A DNA stretch of 64,000 bases from an uncultured delta proteobacterium (GCA_963798485.1 CAWCTR010000014.1:352001-416000), one strand, 5' to 3'; counted from the first letter of the stretch, positions 29,578-41,065 are shown. Notes: generated from the sequence alone by a model not told the origin. Program-made: numbers and translations.

Positions 29578-30592
29578 TCATGGGCAGTCAGAGCATGCGA
29601 TCTCTGGCATCGGAATCGATTGGGTTCGTTTTAACTCATCTTCAAGTGGAAGATACATACGCAAGGTGAGAGAAAAGGGTCCTGAAGAAGGACATGGTAA
29701 CCAGTTATTATCATTAGTTGGCTTGTGAGGCGAAATTTTAATAATGAAAGATCCATCATTGCTCTTTGTTATAAGGGACCGATCACCTATACTGTAACGC
29801 TTTTCAATATTGGGCACTAAAAAGCTGTTTTTATCATACACAGTAAGACTCCAGAAACCGTCAATTCGTACTAGCGGTCGTCCATTAAAACGTATATCAT
29901 ATGAATGGCTTCCATCTAGCAGGCGCCCCATAGTATCAGTATATGCATTCCAGTATATTGCTTCCTCCGCCTGGTTCGCCGCTATCCCGATGCGTGCTAT
30001 GTAAGCACGAATGAGAGGTGGAGTGTAGCTCTGAGCAAGATCAAATCGGGTCATCCATGATCCATTCTTTACGGTTCCATTTCCTTTTTTGAGCAGCATA
30101 CCTAGGTGATAATCAGAGCGCCAGGTTCCCACGTTCCGCATGAAAGCCCAAACCAGGCTCGCGCCACCTTTCTGCCGGCCACCATCTGGGCAGTAAACAG
30201 GTTTCCCCCAGACTCTGTCCCGGACCCGATAAAGTAGCCCGGTTTCGATGACGTCTTTAACTTTTCGACAGCTCATCAGTGGTTCACTCTCGTTCGCCTT
30301 CCTGGTCCTCACCTGCCGAGGTCTTGCCTCGACTTTTCCTGAACCGCTCACCACCTGGGATCTTATCCCCACGCAGCGTCAGGCGGTTTGGGATCTGATC
30401 CTGTAACCCGATCCCGAGGGGCCTCCCCTCATCTCCCATGCAGCATGGCTGCTCCAATGTAGCCTTTGAAGACTACCTCTTCGCGCCTTCGTGGCGCACT
30501 TTATCGAAATAATCCAGCGATGGTGCCATGAGAGTCCATCCGGCAATAAAGGATACAACTATAACAGATGTAAAGATAATTGCTTTTTTCAT
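29578..30592 (-). pseudogene. Exported DUF1214-domain protein interrupted by an intron remnant (exons 30500-30592 and 29578-30111)
   Basis: Signal-peptide exon MKKAIIF...DYFDK joins in frame to YHLGM...; FWSLTVYD, NNWLP, LRMYLP. Confidence 0.8.
30112..30499 (-). mobile_element. Group II intron remnant (class D/RmInt1-like), domain I plus start of domain II only
   Basis: GTGCG 5' end; GGGATCGG...CAAACC, GTGGTGAGCG, GAACGAGAGTGAACC, GGCTTTCATGCGGAAC motifs; EBS1 matches IBS1. Confidence 0.85.
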
Positions 30593-30615
30593 GATCCCTC
30601 CAGACTTCTCTCCAC

Positions 30616-31176
30616 TTATTGATATAAATTACGTTGATATTCTTTCAAAAGAATAATTTTCATCCGGTCCTGAAGCTTGTGGACTCTGGGAAGGTCATCA
30701 TTCCCATCCACCAGTAACCTTGCCATCGCCCAAACCTTCTTGCCAGGAGATTTTAATACTGGTAATCCTCTCGCATCTCCGGCAAAATCCTTCCCGGCTA
30801 ATATTACCGTTACCGCTTTGTTGAGGCCATATTCTCGTGACCCAATATAGGCGAAAACATCTGTATTGTCCTTCATGAATTCTACACTCCAATATCGATC
30901 AGAAGGCGGCATGCTTATGATAAAAGGGCCTGAATCAATATCCACAGATGCAGCTGAGTAAAGAGTATCATTGTTTGGTCTTACGATCAGTCTTGATGTA
31001 TCATTTGCCAAATTTCTCTCATGAAGCCATCTGTTCATTCCGACTTCATGGGCAACCATTTCCCAAGTTCGGTTAAATTCCCTGCTCGGATATGAATATA
31101 TGGAAGCAACAAATCCTGCAGCATAGCTTAATATAACGATCAAACCCCAGAAAATAACTTTTTTCGTCATGGCCAT
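30616..31176 (-). CDS. DUF1254-domain protein
   Basis: IVRPNNDTLYS, RYWS, DVFAYIGSR; N-terminal TM helix. Confidence 0.85.
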   Translation of the reverse strand: MAMTKKVIFWGLIVILSYAAGFVASIYSYPSREFNRTWEMVAHEVGMNRWLHERNLANDTSRLIVRPNNDTLYSAASVDIDSGPFIISMPPSDRYWSVEFMKDNTDVFAYIGSREYGLNKAVTVILAGKDFAGDARGLPVLKSPGKKVWAMARLLVDGNDDLPRVHKLQDRMKIILLKEYQRNLYQ

Positions 31177-31683
31177 ATCCTCTTATTATGAAGCCTTTTG
31201 ATGAACCCTATAGTTATTTCATCACATCCCTCAATGTGAAAAATCAAAGATTCAAAGCAAGATTGGACATAAACAATATAATTACATATTTTTATAAGGT
31301 AAACTAGTTAATATTTACATGTGAGGACAACGAAAGACAGACTGCATAGAATATATCAGCTGGATATCTCAATAGGAGACACTTTGGTCCAATATCGTCG
31401 CTTTGCCCATAGTGTATAGTTCTGCGCTAAATGGGCGGTTTTCGGTTTTACAATGTCCCCAACCTGATGATCTTGGTTCGAAACCTATGCGGTAAGGCTA
31501 TCCCCATCTGAGCGTGATCCCTTTTCATTATATATGGACTCAGTCTATATCAAAGATTCCTCCATCTCTTCTTGAGCATAGCTTTGGATCTCATTCTTTG
31601 GTATGATTCATTGCGGTATTTGAATTACACCCTGATATATACAAAAAATACTAACGAAAACAGCCTTATGAGGAGGAAGTTAT

Positions 31684-32976
31684 ATGAGCGAGATACTTGA
31701 TGTTTTAGCACGGGAGATACTTGATTCCAGGGGAAATCCGACCGTTGAGGTAGACGTCTATCTGTCTACCGGCGACATGGGCAGGGCGGCAGTTCCCTCC
31801 GGTGCATCCACAGGGGCGAGTGAAGCGGTTGAACTGCGTGACGGAGACCCCAAAAGGTACAAAGGCAAAGGCACCACCAAGGCTGTAGAGAATGTAAATA
31901 AGAAGATCGCGCCTGCATTGGTAGGTTTGGATGTCCTGGACCAGGTGGGTATAGATAGCCTCCTGATCGAGTTGGATGAGACCGAGAACAAATCAAAGCT
32001 CGGGGCGAACGCAACCACCGGGGTGTCTGTGGCTGTAGCACGGGCGGCTGCAAACTTCTTCGGCCTGCCCCTCTACCGCTACCTCGGCGGTGCATTCGCC
32101 CGGGAAATTCCGGTGCCCCAGATGAACATCGTTAACGGCGGCAAGCATGCGGACAACAATGTGGACCTGCAGGAATTCATGGTAACGCCCATCGGCGCTC
32201 CGAACTTCCGCGAGGCCCTGCGCTATGCGGCAGAGACCTTCCACGCCTTACGTGAGATCCTTATCAAAAAAGATTACGCCACAGGTGTTGGTGACGAGGG
32301 CGGGTTTGCACCCAACCTCAAGAGTAATGCCGAGCCCTTTGAGCTCATCGTGCAGGCCATTGAGAAGGCCGGCTATAAACCCGGAGAGGATGTAGCCATC
32401 GCCCTCGATGCCGCTGCCAGCTCCTTTTATAAGGACGGTAAGTATATCCTTGCCTCCGAGAAGGACCCGGAAAGGACGGCTGAAGAGATGATCGATTTCT
32501 ATGAGGAACTCATCAAGAAATACCCCATCGTCTCCCTGGAAGACGGTCTCGACGAGGCCGACTGGGACGGCTGGAAAAAGCTCATGAAGCGCCTGGGCAA
32601 CAAGGTACAGATCGTGGGCGACGATATCTTCGTGACCAACCCCAAATTCCTTGCACGAGGCATAAAGGAAAAGGCCGCCAACTCCGTCCTTATCAAGGTC
32701 AACCAGATCGGCACCTTGACCGAGACCATGCAGACCGTCGAGATGGCCCGCAGGGCCGGGTTCACCACGGTCTTCTCCCACCGCTCCGGCGAGACCGAAG
32801 ACTCCTGGCTGGCGGACATTGCAGTCGGTTACAGCGGGGGCCAGCTCAAGACCGGCTCCACATCCCGTGGAGAGAGACTGGCCAAGTACAACCAGCTTAT
32901 GCGCATCGAGGAAGAGCTTGGGGCCTCGTCCGTGTTCCGCGGCAAGGATGCGCTGTACAGCATCAAGAAGATTTAA
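31684..32976 (+). CDS. eno: Enolase
   Basis: [26 protein letters not shown]. Confidence 0.98.
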   Translation: MSEILDVLAREILDSRGNPTVEVDVYLSTGDMGRAAVPSGASTGASEAVELRDGDPKRYKGKGTTKAVENVNKKIAPALVGLDVLDQVGIDSLLIELDETENKSKLGANATTGVSVAVARAAANFFGLPLYRYLGGAFAREIPVPQMNIVNGGKHADNNVDLQEFMVTPIGAPNFREALRYAAETFHALREILIKKDYATGVGDEGGFAPNLKSNAEPFELIVQAIEKAGYKPGEDVAIALDAAASSFYKDGKYILASEKDPERTAEEMIDFYEELIKKYPIVSLEDGLDEADWDGWKKLMKRLGNKVQIVGDDIFVTNPKFLARGIKEKAANSVLIKVNQIGTLTETMQTVEMARRAGFTTVFSHRSGETEDSWLADIAVGYSGGQLKTGSTSRGERLAKYNQLMRIEEELGASSVFRGKDALYSIKKI

Positions 32977-32991
32977 TGGAGAGGAGGCACA

Positions 32992-34170
32992 ATGAGGGAA
33001 GTCGTCATCACGTCTGCGGTCAGGACACCCAACGGGAGCTTCGGAGGCTCATTGTCTCAGATGAGCCCGATAAAGTATGGGGCCATAGCCATTGAAGAGA
33101 CCATCAAACGCTCGGCAATAGAAAAAGAACAGGTGAATGAGGTCATCATGGGCATGGTACTGCCCTGCGGCCACGGCCAGAACCCCGGGAAACTCGCTGC
33201 AGTCCAGGCAGGCCTGCCCTGGGACGTGGGATGCATCACCGTCAACAAGGTGTGCGGGTCCGCCCTGAAGGCCATGATGCTCGCCGCCCAGGCCATCCGG
33301 ACCGGTGATGCCGATGTCGTTGTGGCAGGCGGCATGGAAAATATGAGCATGGCACCCTACTACCTGGACAAGGCCCGCTTCGGTTACCGCATGGGCACTG
33401 GTGCAATCCAGGACCATATGGTGCACGACGGACTGTGGGATGTGGTGAACGACTTTCACATGGGGATCTCCAACGAGCTCTGCTCGGAAAAGTACCACAT
33501 ATCCCGCGAGGACCAGGACCGTTATGCCGAGCGTTCATTCAGCCTGGCCATGAAGTCCATCAGGGAAGGGAAATTTGTTGATGAGATCGTGCCGGTAGCC
33601 GTTCCCCAGCGCAAGGGCGATCCGAAGATCTTCAGCGTTGACGAGTGCCCGCGCGATACCACCTATGAGCAGCTCAGCACAATGGCTCCGGCCTTCAAGA
33701 AGGGGGGCGTCACCACTGCGGGCAATGCATCCACCATATCGGACGGTGCTTCGGCAGTAGTGCTCATGGCAAAAGATAAAGCAAAAGAACTCGGTTGTGA
33801 GATCCTGGTTACTCTCGGCGCACAGGCCAGCGCAGGGCTCGACATGAAATACGTGCTCGTCGCCCCCATCCTTGCCATTCCCAAGGTATTGAAAAAAGAA
33901 GGGCTTGAACTCAAGGACGTTGACATCTTCGAGATCAACGAGGCCTTTGCCGGCTCGACGTTAGCGGTCATCCGGGAGCTCGGCCTCGATATGGACAAGG
34001 TGAACGTAAACGGCGGCAGCATCGCGCTCGGCCACCCCATCGGCTCCAGCGGCACCCGCGTGTTCACCACCTTGATCAATGAGATGAGACGCAAAGACAA
34101 GACAATCGGCCTGGCAACCCTCTGCCTGGGCGGCGGCGAGGCAGTGGCCCTCATCGTGAAGCGTGCATAA
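32992..34170 (+). CDS. atoB: Acetyl-CoA acetyltransferase (thiolase)
   Basis: NKVCGS, NEAFA, GHPIG, CLGGG. Confidence 0.93.
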   Translation: MREVVITSAVRTPNGSFGGSLSQMSPIKYGAIAIEETIKRSAIEKEQVNEVIMGMVLPCGHGQNPGKLAAVQAGLPWDVGCITVNKVCGSALKAMMLAAQAIRTGDADVVVAGGMENMSMAPYYLDKARFGYRMGTGAIQDHMVHDGLWDVVNDFHMGISNELCSEKYHISREDQDRYAERSFSLAMKSIREGKFVDEIVPVAVPQRKGDPKIFSVDECPRDTTYEQLSTMAPAFKKGGVTTAGNASTISDGASAVVLMAKDKAKELGCEILVTLGAQASAGLDMKYVLVAPILAIPKVLKKEGLELKDVDIFEINEAFAGSTLAVIRELGLDMDKVNVNGGSIALGHPIGSSGTRVFTTLINEMRRKDKTIGLATLCLGGGEAVALIVKRA

Positions 34171-34194
34171 GAGAAAAGACTAGGGAGCTTGAAA

Positions 34195-35046
34195 ATGGAG
34201 ATCAAGACCTTTGGAGTTATCGGTTCAGGCCAGATGGGTGGCGGCATTGCCCAGGTAGCGGCAGCAAGCGGGCTGAGCGTCATCATGAACGATATCAGTG
34301 AGCAGTTCGTGGCAGGAGGTATCAAGACCATCACCAAAAACCTGAACCGCCAGGTGGAAAAAGGGGCCCTGAAGGAAGCGGATTCCAAGCTCATCCTGGG
34401 CAGGATCAAGCCGAGCACCAGCCTCAAGGACATGGCAGGCGCCGATTTCATTGTGGAGGCTGCATCCGAGAGAGAAGATATCAAGTTTGCCATCTTCAGT
34501 GAGCTCGATGCCGTGTGCCCGCCCCATGCCATCTTGTCCAGCAACACCTCATCCATCCCCATCGGCAGGGTTGCATCCAAGACCAAGAGGCCGGAAAAGG
34601 TCATCGGCATGCACTTCATGAACCCGGTACCCGTGATGAAACTCTGCGAGATCATCCGAGGCATAGCCACCTCCGAGGAGACCTTCAAGGTGACACAAGA
34701 CCTGGCCCTGAAGTTCGGCAAGACCCCGGCTGAGGCCAATGACTATCCGGGCTTTATCAGTAACCGCATCCTCATGCCCATGATCAACGAGGCCGTGTAC
34801 TGCCTCTACCACTCTGTGGGCACCAAGGAGGCCATCGACACGGTCATGAAGCTGGGCATGAACCATCCCATGGGCCCCCTGGCCCTGGCTGACCTCGTCG
34901 GCCTGGACACCTGTCTTGCCATTATGGAGACCCTGTATAACGGCTTTTCCGATTCAAAGTACCGCCCCTGCCCTTTGCTGAAAAAATACGTCGAGGCGGG
35001 CTGGCTGGGAAGGAAGACTGGGAAAGGATTCTACGAGTATAAATAG
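34195..35046 (+). CDS. hbd: 3-hydroxybutyryl-CoA dehydrogenase
   Basis: GSGQMG, SNTSS, GMHFMNP, HPMGPL. Confidence 0.95.
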   Translation: MEIKTFGVIGSGQMGGGIAQVAAASGLSVIMNDISEQFVAGGIKTITKNLNRQVEKGALKEADSKLILGRIKPSTSLKDMAGADFIVEAASEREDIKFAIFSELDAVCPPHAILSSNTSSIPIGRVASKTKRPEKVIGMHFMNPVPVMKLCEIIRGIATSEETFKVTQDLALKFGKTPAEANDYPGFISNRILMPMINEAVYCLYHSVGTKEAIDTVMKLGMNHPMGPLALADLVGLDTCLAIMETLYNGFSDSKYRPCPLLKKYVEAGWLGRKTGKGFYEYK

Positions 35047-35056
35047 CATACATAGC

Positions 35057-35128
35057 TGTAGGAGCGCCTTCAGGCGCAAGGGGCAATTCGTGAAGATACG
35101 TTAATATCGCGGCTAAAGCCGCTCCTAC
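35057..35128. repeat. GTAG-type REP inverted doublet between convergent genes
   Basis: GTAGGAGCGCCTTCAGGCGC ... GCGGCTAAAGCCGCTCCTAC. Confidence 0.75.
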
Positions 35129-35138
35129 GGTGCCATCT

Positions 35139-35849
35139 TTAGGGCCGGTAAACCTCTATAAACTCCACATACGATGTTGCCTTTTCACCCGTGTTGTCCG
35201 AGTCGTTCATGATGCCTATGGTGGCGTGCCGGGGCGGCTTTTTCCCGAAGGTCTCTTCATAATCCCTGACGATGTTCACCTCTTCGTCAACCCATTGCCC
35301 CACCCGGCTACCGCCCTTCTCAAGAAAGATCATCTTGTTCCGGTCGGTATACGGGCTGGCAATGGACCTTTCGGAGAGCACCTTAGACGACCATACATAG
35401 TTGAGCGAGCCTGACGGGGGATACTCTCCATAGATGAGCCTGGCAGCACCGAATATGGCTCGGTCGATCGGCCCTGCCTTCTGCGGGTCATACTCGAAGG
35501 CGATATAGATCCTTATCGGGTAGTCATCACCCGATTTCACTGTGGGGTCGGCATTTCTGTAGACGTTCGATATCTTCCAGCGCCACCTGATATTCGGGTA
35601 CTCATAGACATCAAAAGACTTCTTATAGACCAACAGTGAGGCAGACGCATCACTCCTGGCCACGAGATAAGATTCGGAGCCGGTCTTTTCCATCCCATAA
35701 AAGGTATGTCTGGATATCTTGGGAAAGAACACTTCTTTCCAGGCAGACAGGTCTGTGAACCTTTCACGGAAGAGCACCTGATCGGCCCGGGAAACGGCAG
35801 GGTATGAAATCGTACCCATGATAAAGACAATTATGACAAGCCTTTTCAT
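35139..35849 (-). CDS. DUF3047-domain exported protein
   Basis: WRWKI, KSGDDYPIRIY, LNYVW, MNDSDNTG. Confidence 0.85.
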   Translation of the reverse strand: MKRLVIIVFIMGTISYPAVSRADQVLFRERFTDLSAWKEVFFPKISRHTFYGMEKTGSESYLVARSDASASLLVYKKSFDVYEYPNIRWRWKISNVYRNADPTVKSGDDYPIRIYIAFEYDPQKAGPIDRAIFGAARLIYGEYPPSGSLNYVWSSKVLSERSIASPYTDRNKMIFLEKGGSRVGQWVDEEVNIVRDYEETFGKKPPRHATIGIMNDSDNTGEKATSYVEFIEVYRP

Positions 35850-35856
35850 ACAGTTC

Positions 35857-37269
35857 TTACCGTAAATACTCTTGATCATCTAAAGACTTCTCCCTCTGCT
35901 CGGAATGACGAGTGCCTCCGTCCTTGAAGGTCTTCATCAGGTACCTGATCCAAATGCCAATGGACTTCTCCCTACTCCGGTACAGGACAGCAAGCTCTTC
36001 AGGCGGCATGCCCATGAAGAATCCTGCCATGGCGAGCTGGTTGACCACCCAGGTCCTGAAAAGGCCAATGGCCTGATAACGCCTTGAAGAGGTGGTGACC
36101 CTTGAGGGAAGTATCGCAATCCGGCCCATTTTTTTCATGGTTCGGATAAAGGCAACGTCTTCCATGATAGGGATTCCCGGAAAACCTCCTGCTTTATGAA
36201 AGTCCGCCCTCCTCACAAACAAGGCCTGGTCGCCGTAGGGCAGCCTGAAAAGCCCTGATCTTAGATTCGCGCCAAGGGCAATGAGCCTCATGGCAAGTGT
36301 ATCAGTATCAAAGCTCAGCCCGTATGCCCCTGCCGCTATGCACGGGTCGGCAAGTGCACGCCTGATGTCTTTATCGTAGTTATCCGGGAAAATGGTATCG
36401 GAATGAAGGAACAAGAGGATATCACCGGATGCTGCAAGCGCCCCTTCATTCATCTGTAAGGCCCTCCCCTTCCGGCTCATGACGATCCTGGCTCCCATAC
36501 ATGCCGAGATCTCCCTGGTGCGGTCATCGCTCCCCCCGTCAGCAAGGATCACCTCTACATTCTTTCCGGACAGCGCCTTCTTGATGGTATTCCCGATTAA
36601 TGCCTCTTCGTTGATTGCAGGTATGACGATTGAAATCATGGGTACCGACCCTGCACGTTTCATCTCTTCCCAGATGTGCAGATCGTCGGGCCGGTCCACG
36701 TCTGCGAGCGTTTCAAGCAGGGCCGTTTTCAAGCCGAGCCGCCCTATTGCACCAAGGGTGTGTTCCAGGACCTTGTCCGTACCCCAGGGTATGGATGAAA
36801 AGATCTCAGGCAGATCCCGCTTCAGCCCGATGAGGTAATAACCACCGTCAAGGGCGGGACCCACTACGCAATCATGCCCCTTAAGGGCCGCAAAGGCCTG
36901 GCTGAGGATGGTCCCGGTGATGCCGGGGCAGTCCGTACCTATGAGAACCACTGATTGGGCGCCATCCTGAAGCGCCTTGCGCAAGGAGGACCGCATTCGT
37001 TCTCCAAGGTCAGCGCCGACCTGACGGATATATACATACTCTTTCCCGAAGAGGGTTTGCATTTTTTGTTTTCCATTGCCTGCATAATGCACCTCAAGGG
37101 TGATTCCCTCGGTTGTTGTGAGTCTGTGTGCGGCCCCCAATGCATGCATGATCATTTCGCGCTGGAGATTTGCAGCCCCACGTTCGCCGATCACAGGGAC
37201 CAAACGCTTCTTGACGTTGCCTGGTTCAGGACAGCGGGTGAACAGGATGATCGTCTCTTGTCCTGCCAT
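35857..37269 (-). CDS. Fused TIGR04282 (DUF2064) and TIGR04283 (GT2) glycosyltransferase
   Basis: DLGERM, IGTDCP, GPALDGGYYLIG; then ISIVIPAINEE, FLHSD, PYGDQ, IMED. Confidence 0.85.
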   Translation of the reverse strand: MAGQETIILFTRCPEPGNVKKRLVPVIGERGAANLQREMIMHALGAAHRLTTTEGITLEVHYAGNGKQKMQTLFGKEYVYIRQVGADLGERMRSSLRKALQDGAQSVVLIGTDCPGITGTILSQAFAALKGHDCVVGPALDGGYYLIGLKRDLPEIFSSIPWGTDKVLEHTLGAIGRLGLKTALLETLADVDRPDDLHIWEEMKRAGSVPMISIVIPAINEEALIGNTIKKALSGKNVEVILADGGSDDRTREISACMGARIVMSRKGRALQMNEGALAASGDILLFLHSDTIFPDNYDKDIRRALADPCIAAGAYGLSFDTDTLAMRLIALGANLRSGLFRLPYGDQALFVRRADFHKAGGFPGIPIMEDVAFIRTMKKMGRIAILPSRVTTSSRRYQAIGLFRTWVVNQLAMAGFFMGMPPEELAVLYRSREKSIGIWIRYLMKTFKDGGTRHSEQREKSLDDQEYLR

Positions 37270-37272
37270 TCT

Positions 37273-37719
37273 TTATTGACCCGATGCCCCCACAAAGGCC
37301 TTCCTGATCTCCTCCATGCGTTTCCGGTTAACGCCAAGATCGGAATAGCCGAGCCGGGAGGCTGACCGGAAGTGGATGAGTTTGTTTGCATCGTCAAAAG
37401 AGAACTCCACATCGTCTACGAACCTGAAGATCAGGGAGGTAAACTCTGCATGGATGTAATCACCCTCATTGGTAATGATCTCTGATCTCTTCATGGATGA
37501 TATCACCTGTACAAGCCGCTTTTTTGCCTGCCCCTTTGTCCCGGTGTAACGGATCGGATCGATGCGGTGCTCCTCATCGGTATCCTGGGTTGAAACACAA
37601 TTAGGGCTTTTAGGGCATGGGGAAAGCCTCCCCTCCTTGATCCCGAGTGTAGCAGGCCTGGTACCGGAGCAGCATGACATGAACAGGCACAGCACTAGTG
37701 CACTACCGAGTTTCAACAT
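37273..37719 (-). CDS. DUF1499-domain protein
   Basis: CPKSPNCVS, FVDDVEF, RSASRLGYSDLGVNRKR. Confidence 0.9.
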   Translation of the reverse strand: MLKLGSALVLCLFMSCCSGTRPATLGIKEGRLSPCPKSPNCVSTQDTDEEHRIDPIRYTGTKGQAKKRLVQVISSMKRSEIITNEGDYIHAEFTSLIFRFVDDVEFSFDDANKLIHFRSASRLGYSDLGVNRKRMEEIRKAFVGASGQ

Positions 37720-37895
37720 AAATCCCCCCTTCTTAGGCTTTCGTTCTCTCCCATATATGTCATATAATAATTATTGTAATAGAGGGCGCAAGAATATATT
37801 GATACATGTCATCGAAAGAAACCCGGCACCTCAAGGGTGCCTCAGGTGAAGACACGGATGTTATAGAGAACAGGTAACAAGAGGAGGCTTGATAC

Positions 37896-39962
37896 ATGTC
37901 GATAAACTCGGAGCTTGACGAGCGCTGCATCAATACCATCCGTTTTCTTGCAGCAGACGCCATCCAGAAGGCCAACTCCGGTCACCCCGGATTGCCCATG
38001 GGCGCAGCGCCCATGGCTTATAAGCTGTGGACCGGACATATGAAACACAACCCTTCCAATCCCAAGTGGGTTGACAGGGACCGGTTCGTCCTCTCGGCAG
38101 GCCATGGGTCAACTTTGCTGTACGCACTGCTGCACCTTACAGGCTATGACCTGCCGCTCTCTGAACTCCAGAAGTTCCGCCAATGGGGCAGCAAGACGCC
38201 GGGGCACCCTGAAAGCCTCATTACACAAGGTGTTGAGATAACCACCGGCCCCCTGGGCCAGGGGATATCGAGCGCTGTCGGTATGGCAATGGCCGAGGCG
38301 CACCTGGCTTCACTCTATAACAAACCCGGCCATGCCATAATTGACCATTATACCTATGTGCTTGCAGGAGACGGCGACCTCATGGAGGGCATAACCTATG
38401 AGGCATGCTCGCTGGCAGGTCACCTGGGGCTCGGCAAGCTCATCGTTTTATACGACAGCAACCGGATCTCTCTTGCCGGATCTACCGAGTTGTGTTTTAC
38501 CGAAGACACGGAGAAACGCTTCGAGGCCGGCGGGTGGCACACCCAGCATGTCTACGACGGCAATGATCTCGCCGCGATCGACCTTGCACTACTGGCGGCA
38601 AAAGAGGAAAAGAACCAGCCTTCAATTATCATCGTGGACACGCTCATCGGCTTCGGTTCCCCGAACAAGCAGGGGTCTTACAAGGTGCACGGCTCTCCGC
38701 TTGGGGATGATGAACTCCGCCTGGCAAAAAAGGCCCTGGGCTGGAATGAATCCAGGCAGTTCTTTGTCCCGGATGATGTTCATGATCACTTCCTCAAGGC
38801 CAAAGAGCACGGCAAGGCTTATGAATCAGACTGGCAGCAGGCATTTTTCCGATACAGCAGGTCTTTCCCTGATCAGGCGGAAGAATTCAGAGGTAGGATG
38901 AGCGGAGAACTACCCAAGGCATGGGATACGGGGTTATCGGAGCTCTTCGGTGACAAGAAGGCCATGTCCACGAGAAAGGCAGGAGAGACAGTGCTCCAAC
39001 AGCTCGCCCGGAATATTCCCGCACTGGCCGGCGGCTCTGCCGACCTGAATCCATCCACGCTCACCTGGATAAAGGAATGCGGGGACTTTCAAAACCCCGG
39101 GCTCTGCAAGGACACCGTCCAGGGGTCTGTGGGCAAGTGCTGGGGTTATGATGGCAGGAACATCCACTTCGGGGTTCGCGAGCATGCGATGGCAGCTGTC
39201 ACCACCGGCATGGCGCTGCACGGCGGCTTGATCCCCTATGCATCCACGTTCCTCATGTTCAGTGACTACATGCGGCCTGCAATCCGCATTGCATGCCTGT
39301 CAGGGGTCCGGTGTCTCTATATCTTCACCCACGATAGCATCGGCGTCGGCGAGGATGGCCCCACCCACCAGCCCATAGAGCAGATCATGGGCCTCAGGGG
39401 AGTTCCGAACCTTACGGTGATCCGCCCGTCGGACGCCCAGGAGACCGTCCATGCATTCAAGACAGCCATCAACAGGATTGAAGGCCCAACAGCCTTGATC
39501 CTCACCCGGCAGGACGTGCCTGCCATTGACAGAAAAAAGTGTGCACAGGCAAAGGGGCTGGAACAAGGCGGGTACATCTTATGGGAATCCGCCAAGACGG
39601 TGCCTGATGTTATCCTCATTTCAACCGGCTCTGAGCTGAGCCTCGTCCTGGAAGCCGCATATGTCCTGTCAAATGATAAAATAAAGGTGCGTGTTGTTTC
39701 AATGCCCAGTTGGGAGATCTTTGAGGCGCAATGTCTGGAGTACCGCTTGAGTGTTCTCCCCCCTGAGGTCAAGGCCAGGGTGGCGGTGGAGGCAGGCTTG
39801 CGGCTTGGGTGGGAACACTATGTGGGACTCGAAGGAGTCATAATCGGTATGGACGGCTTCGGTGCAAGCGCCCCAGCCGGGGTCCTCTTTGAAAAGTTCG
39901 GCATCACCGCCCAAGCTGTCGCCCAAGCTGCACGCGCCCTGGTGAAGAAGAGAAAGAAATAA
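37896..39962 (+). CDS. tkt: Transketolase
   Basis: [24 protein letters not shown]. Confidence 0.97.
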   Translation: MSINSELDERCINTIRFLAADAIQKANSGHPGLPMGAAPMAYKLWTGHMKHNPSNPKWVDRDRFVLSAGHGSTLLYALLHLTGYDLPLSELQKFRQWGSKTPGHPESLITQGVEITTGPLGQGISSAVGMAMAEAHLASLYNKPGHAIIDHYTYVLAGDGDLMEGITYEACSLAGHLGLGKLIVLYDSNRISLAGSTELCFTEDTEKRFEAGGWHTQHVYDGNDLAAIDLALLAAKEEKNQPSIIIVDTLIGFGSPNKQGSYKVHGSPLGDDELRLAKKALGWNESRQFFVPDDVHDHFLKAKEHGKAYESDWQQAFFRYSRSFPDQAEEFRGRMSGELPKAWDTGLSELFGDKKAMSTRKAGETVLQQLARNIPALAGGSADLNPSTLTWIKECGDFQNPGLCKDTVQGSVGKCWGYDGRNIHFGVREHAMAAVTTGMALHGGLIPYASTFLMFSDYMRPAIRIACLSGVRCLYIFTHDSIGVGEDGPTHQPIEQIMGLRGVPNLTVIRPSDAQETVHAFKTAINRIEGPTALILTRQDVPAIDRKKCAQAKGLEQGGYILWESAKTVPDVILISTGSELSLVLEAAYVLSNDKIKVRVVSMPSWEIFEAQCLEYRLSVLPPEVKARVAVEAGLRLGWEHYVGLEGVIIGMDGFGASAPAGVLFEKFGITAQAVAQAARALVKKRKK

Positions 39963-39974
39963 AGGAGTCTGTTC

Positions 39975-41060
39975 ATGGGAAAACTGCATGATCTTGCCGG
40001 TCACGGCCAGGCCATCTGGTTCGACTATATCCAGCGCTCGCTGATCAGCTCGGGCGAGATGCAGAATCTCATCGACCAGGGTGTCCGGGGTGTAACCAGC
40101 AACCCTACTATCTTTGAGAAGGCCATCGCCGGGAGCAAAGATTACGATGATGCCTTAAGGAGGCTCGCAAAGAACGGGAGATCAACTCAAGAGATCTATG
40201 AGGAGCTCGTGCTTCGGGATATCCTGTTGACAGCAGATCTGTTTCTTCCCGTTTATGTAAGCACCCGCGGGCTCGATGGGTTCGTGAGCCTGGAAGTAAG
40301 CCCGAAACTGGCCTATGACACCGACAAGACGGTTCAGGAGGCGAAAAGGCTCTTCAATACCCTTGGTAAGCCCAATGTCATGATCAAGGTCCCTGCAACG
40401 GATGCCGGAATCCCGGCTGCCCAGGCGCTCATTGCCGGTGGGGTGAACGTGAATGTGACCCTGCTCTTCTCCATATCTCAATATGTCAAGGCAGCCGAAG
40501 CCTACCTCTCAGGGTTGGAAAAACACCTCTCAGCAGGCGGCGACATCTCTAAGATTGCATCCGTGGCCTCTTTCTTTGTAAGCCGTGTAGACACATCGGT
40601 TGATGCAGAGCTTGAAAAGCTCGGGAATAAAGATCTGATGGGAAAGGCTGCTATTGCAAACGCCAAGATTGCCTACGAACGTTTCAAGGGGATCTTTTCA
40701 GGAAAGCGATGGGAAAGGCTCGCCGGCAACGGTGCTCATGTGCAGCGGGTCTTGTGGGCAAGTACCGGGACCAAGAACCCTGGGTATTCCGACACCCTGT
40801 ATGTAGACAAGCTCATCGGCCCACACACGGTGAACACCCTGCCCCCTGCAACGTTAGGGATGTTCCTTGATCATGGGCGGGTATCCCCCACCCTTGAAAC
40901 CGGTCTTGAGCATGCGAAAGACCAGATCGATCAGCTCGCGAAACTTGGGTTGAACCTGGATGCCATAACAAAGAAACTCGAAGAAGATGGGGTGCGATCC
41001 TTTGCCTCGTCTTTTGAAGCGCTCATGAACAGTATCGATACGAAGCGTAAAGAGGTGTAG
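39975..41060 (+). CDS. tal: Transaldolase
   Basis: GVTSNPTIF, MIKVPAT, ASFFVSR. Confidence 0.95.
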   Translation: MGKLHDLAGHGQAIWFDYIQRSLISSGEMQNLIDQGVRGVTSNPTIFEKAIAGSKDYDDALRRLAKNGRSTQEIYEELVLRDILLTADLFLPVYVSTRGLDGFVSLEVSPKLAYDTDKTVQEAKRLFNTLGKPNVMIKVPATDAGIPAAQALIAGGVNVNVTLLFSISQYVKAAEAYLSGLEKHLSAGGDISKIASVASFFVSRVDTSVDAELEKLGNKDLMGKAAIANAKIAYERFKGIFSGKRWERLAGNGAHVQRVLWASTGTKNPGYSDTLYVDKLIGPHTVNTLPPATLGMFLDHGRVSPTLETGLEHAKDQIDQLAKLGLNLDAITKKLEEDGVRSFASSFEALMNSIDTKRKEV

Positions 41061-41065
41061 TAATT

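Noticed and set aside
29578-30372. 264-aa ORF in the track
   Set aside because: Chimera of intron RNA sequence and the DUF1214 3' exon
31464-31500. Hammerhead-like CTGATGA...CGAAAC
   Set aside because: Stems I, II and III cannot be paired convincingly and no NUH is correctly placed
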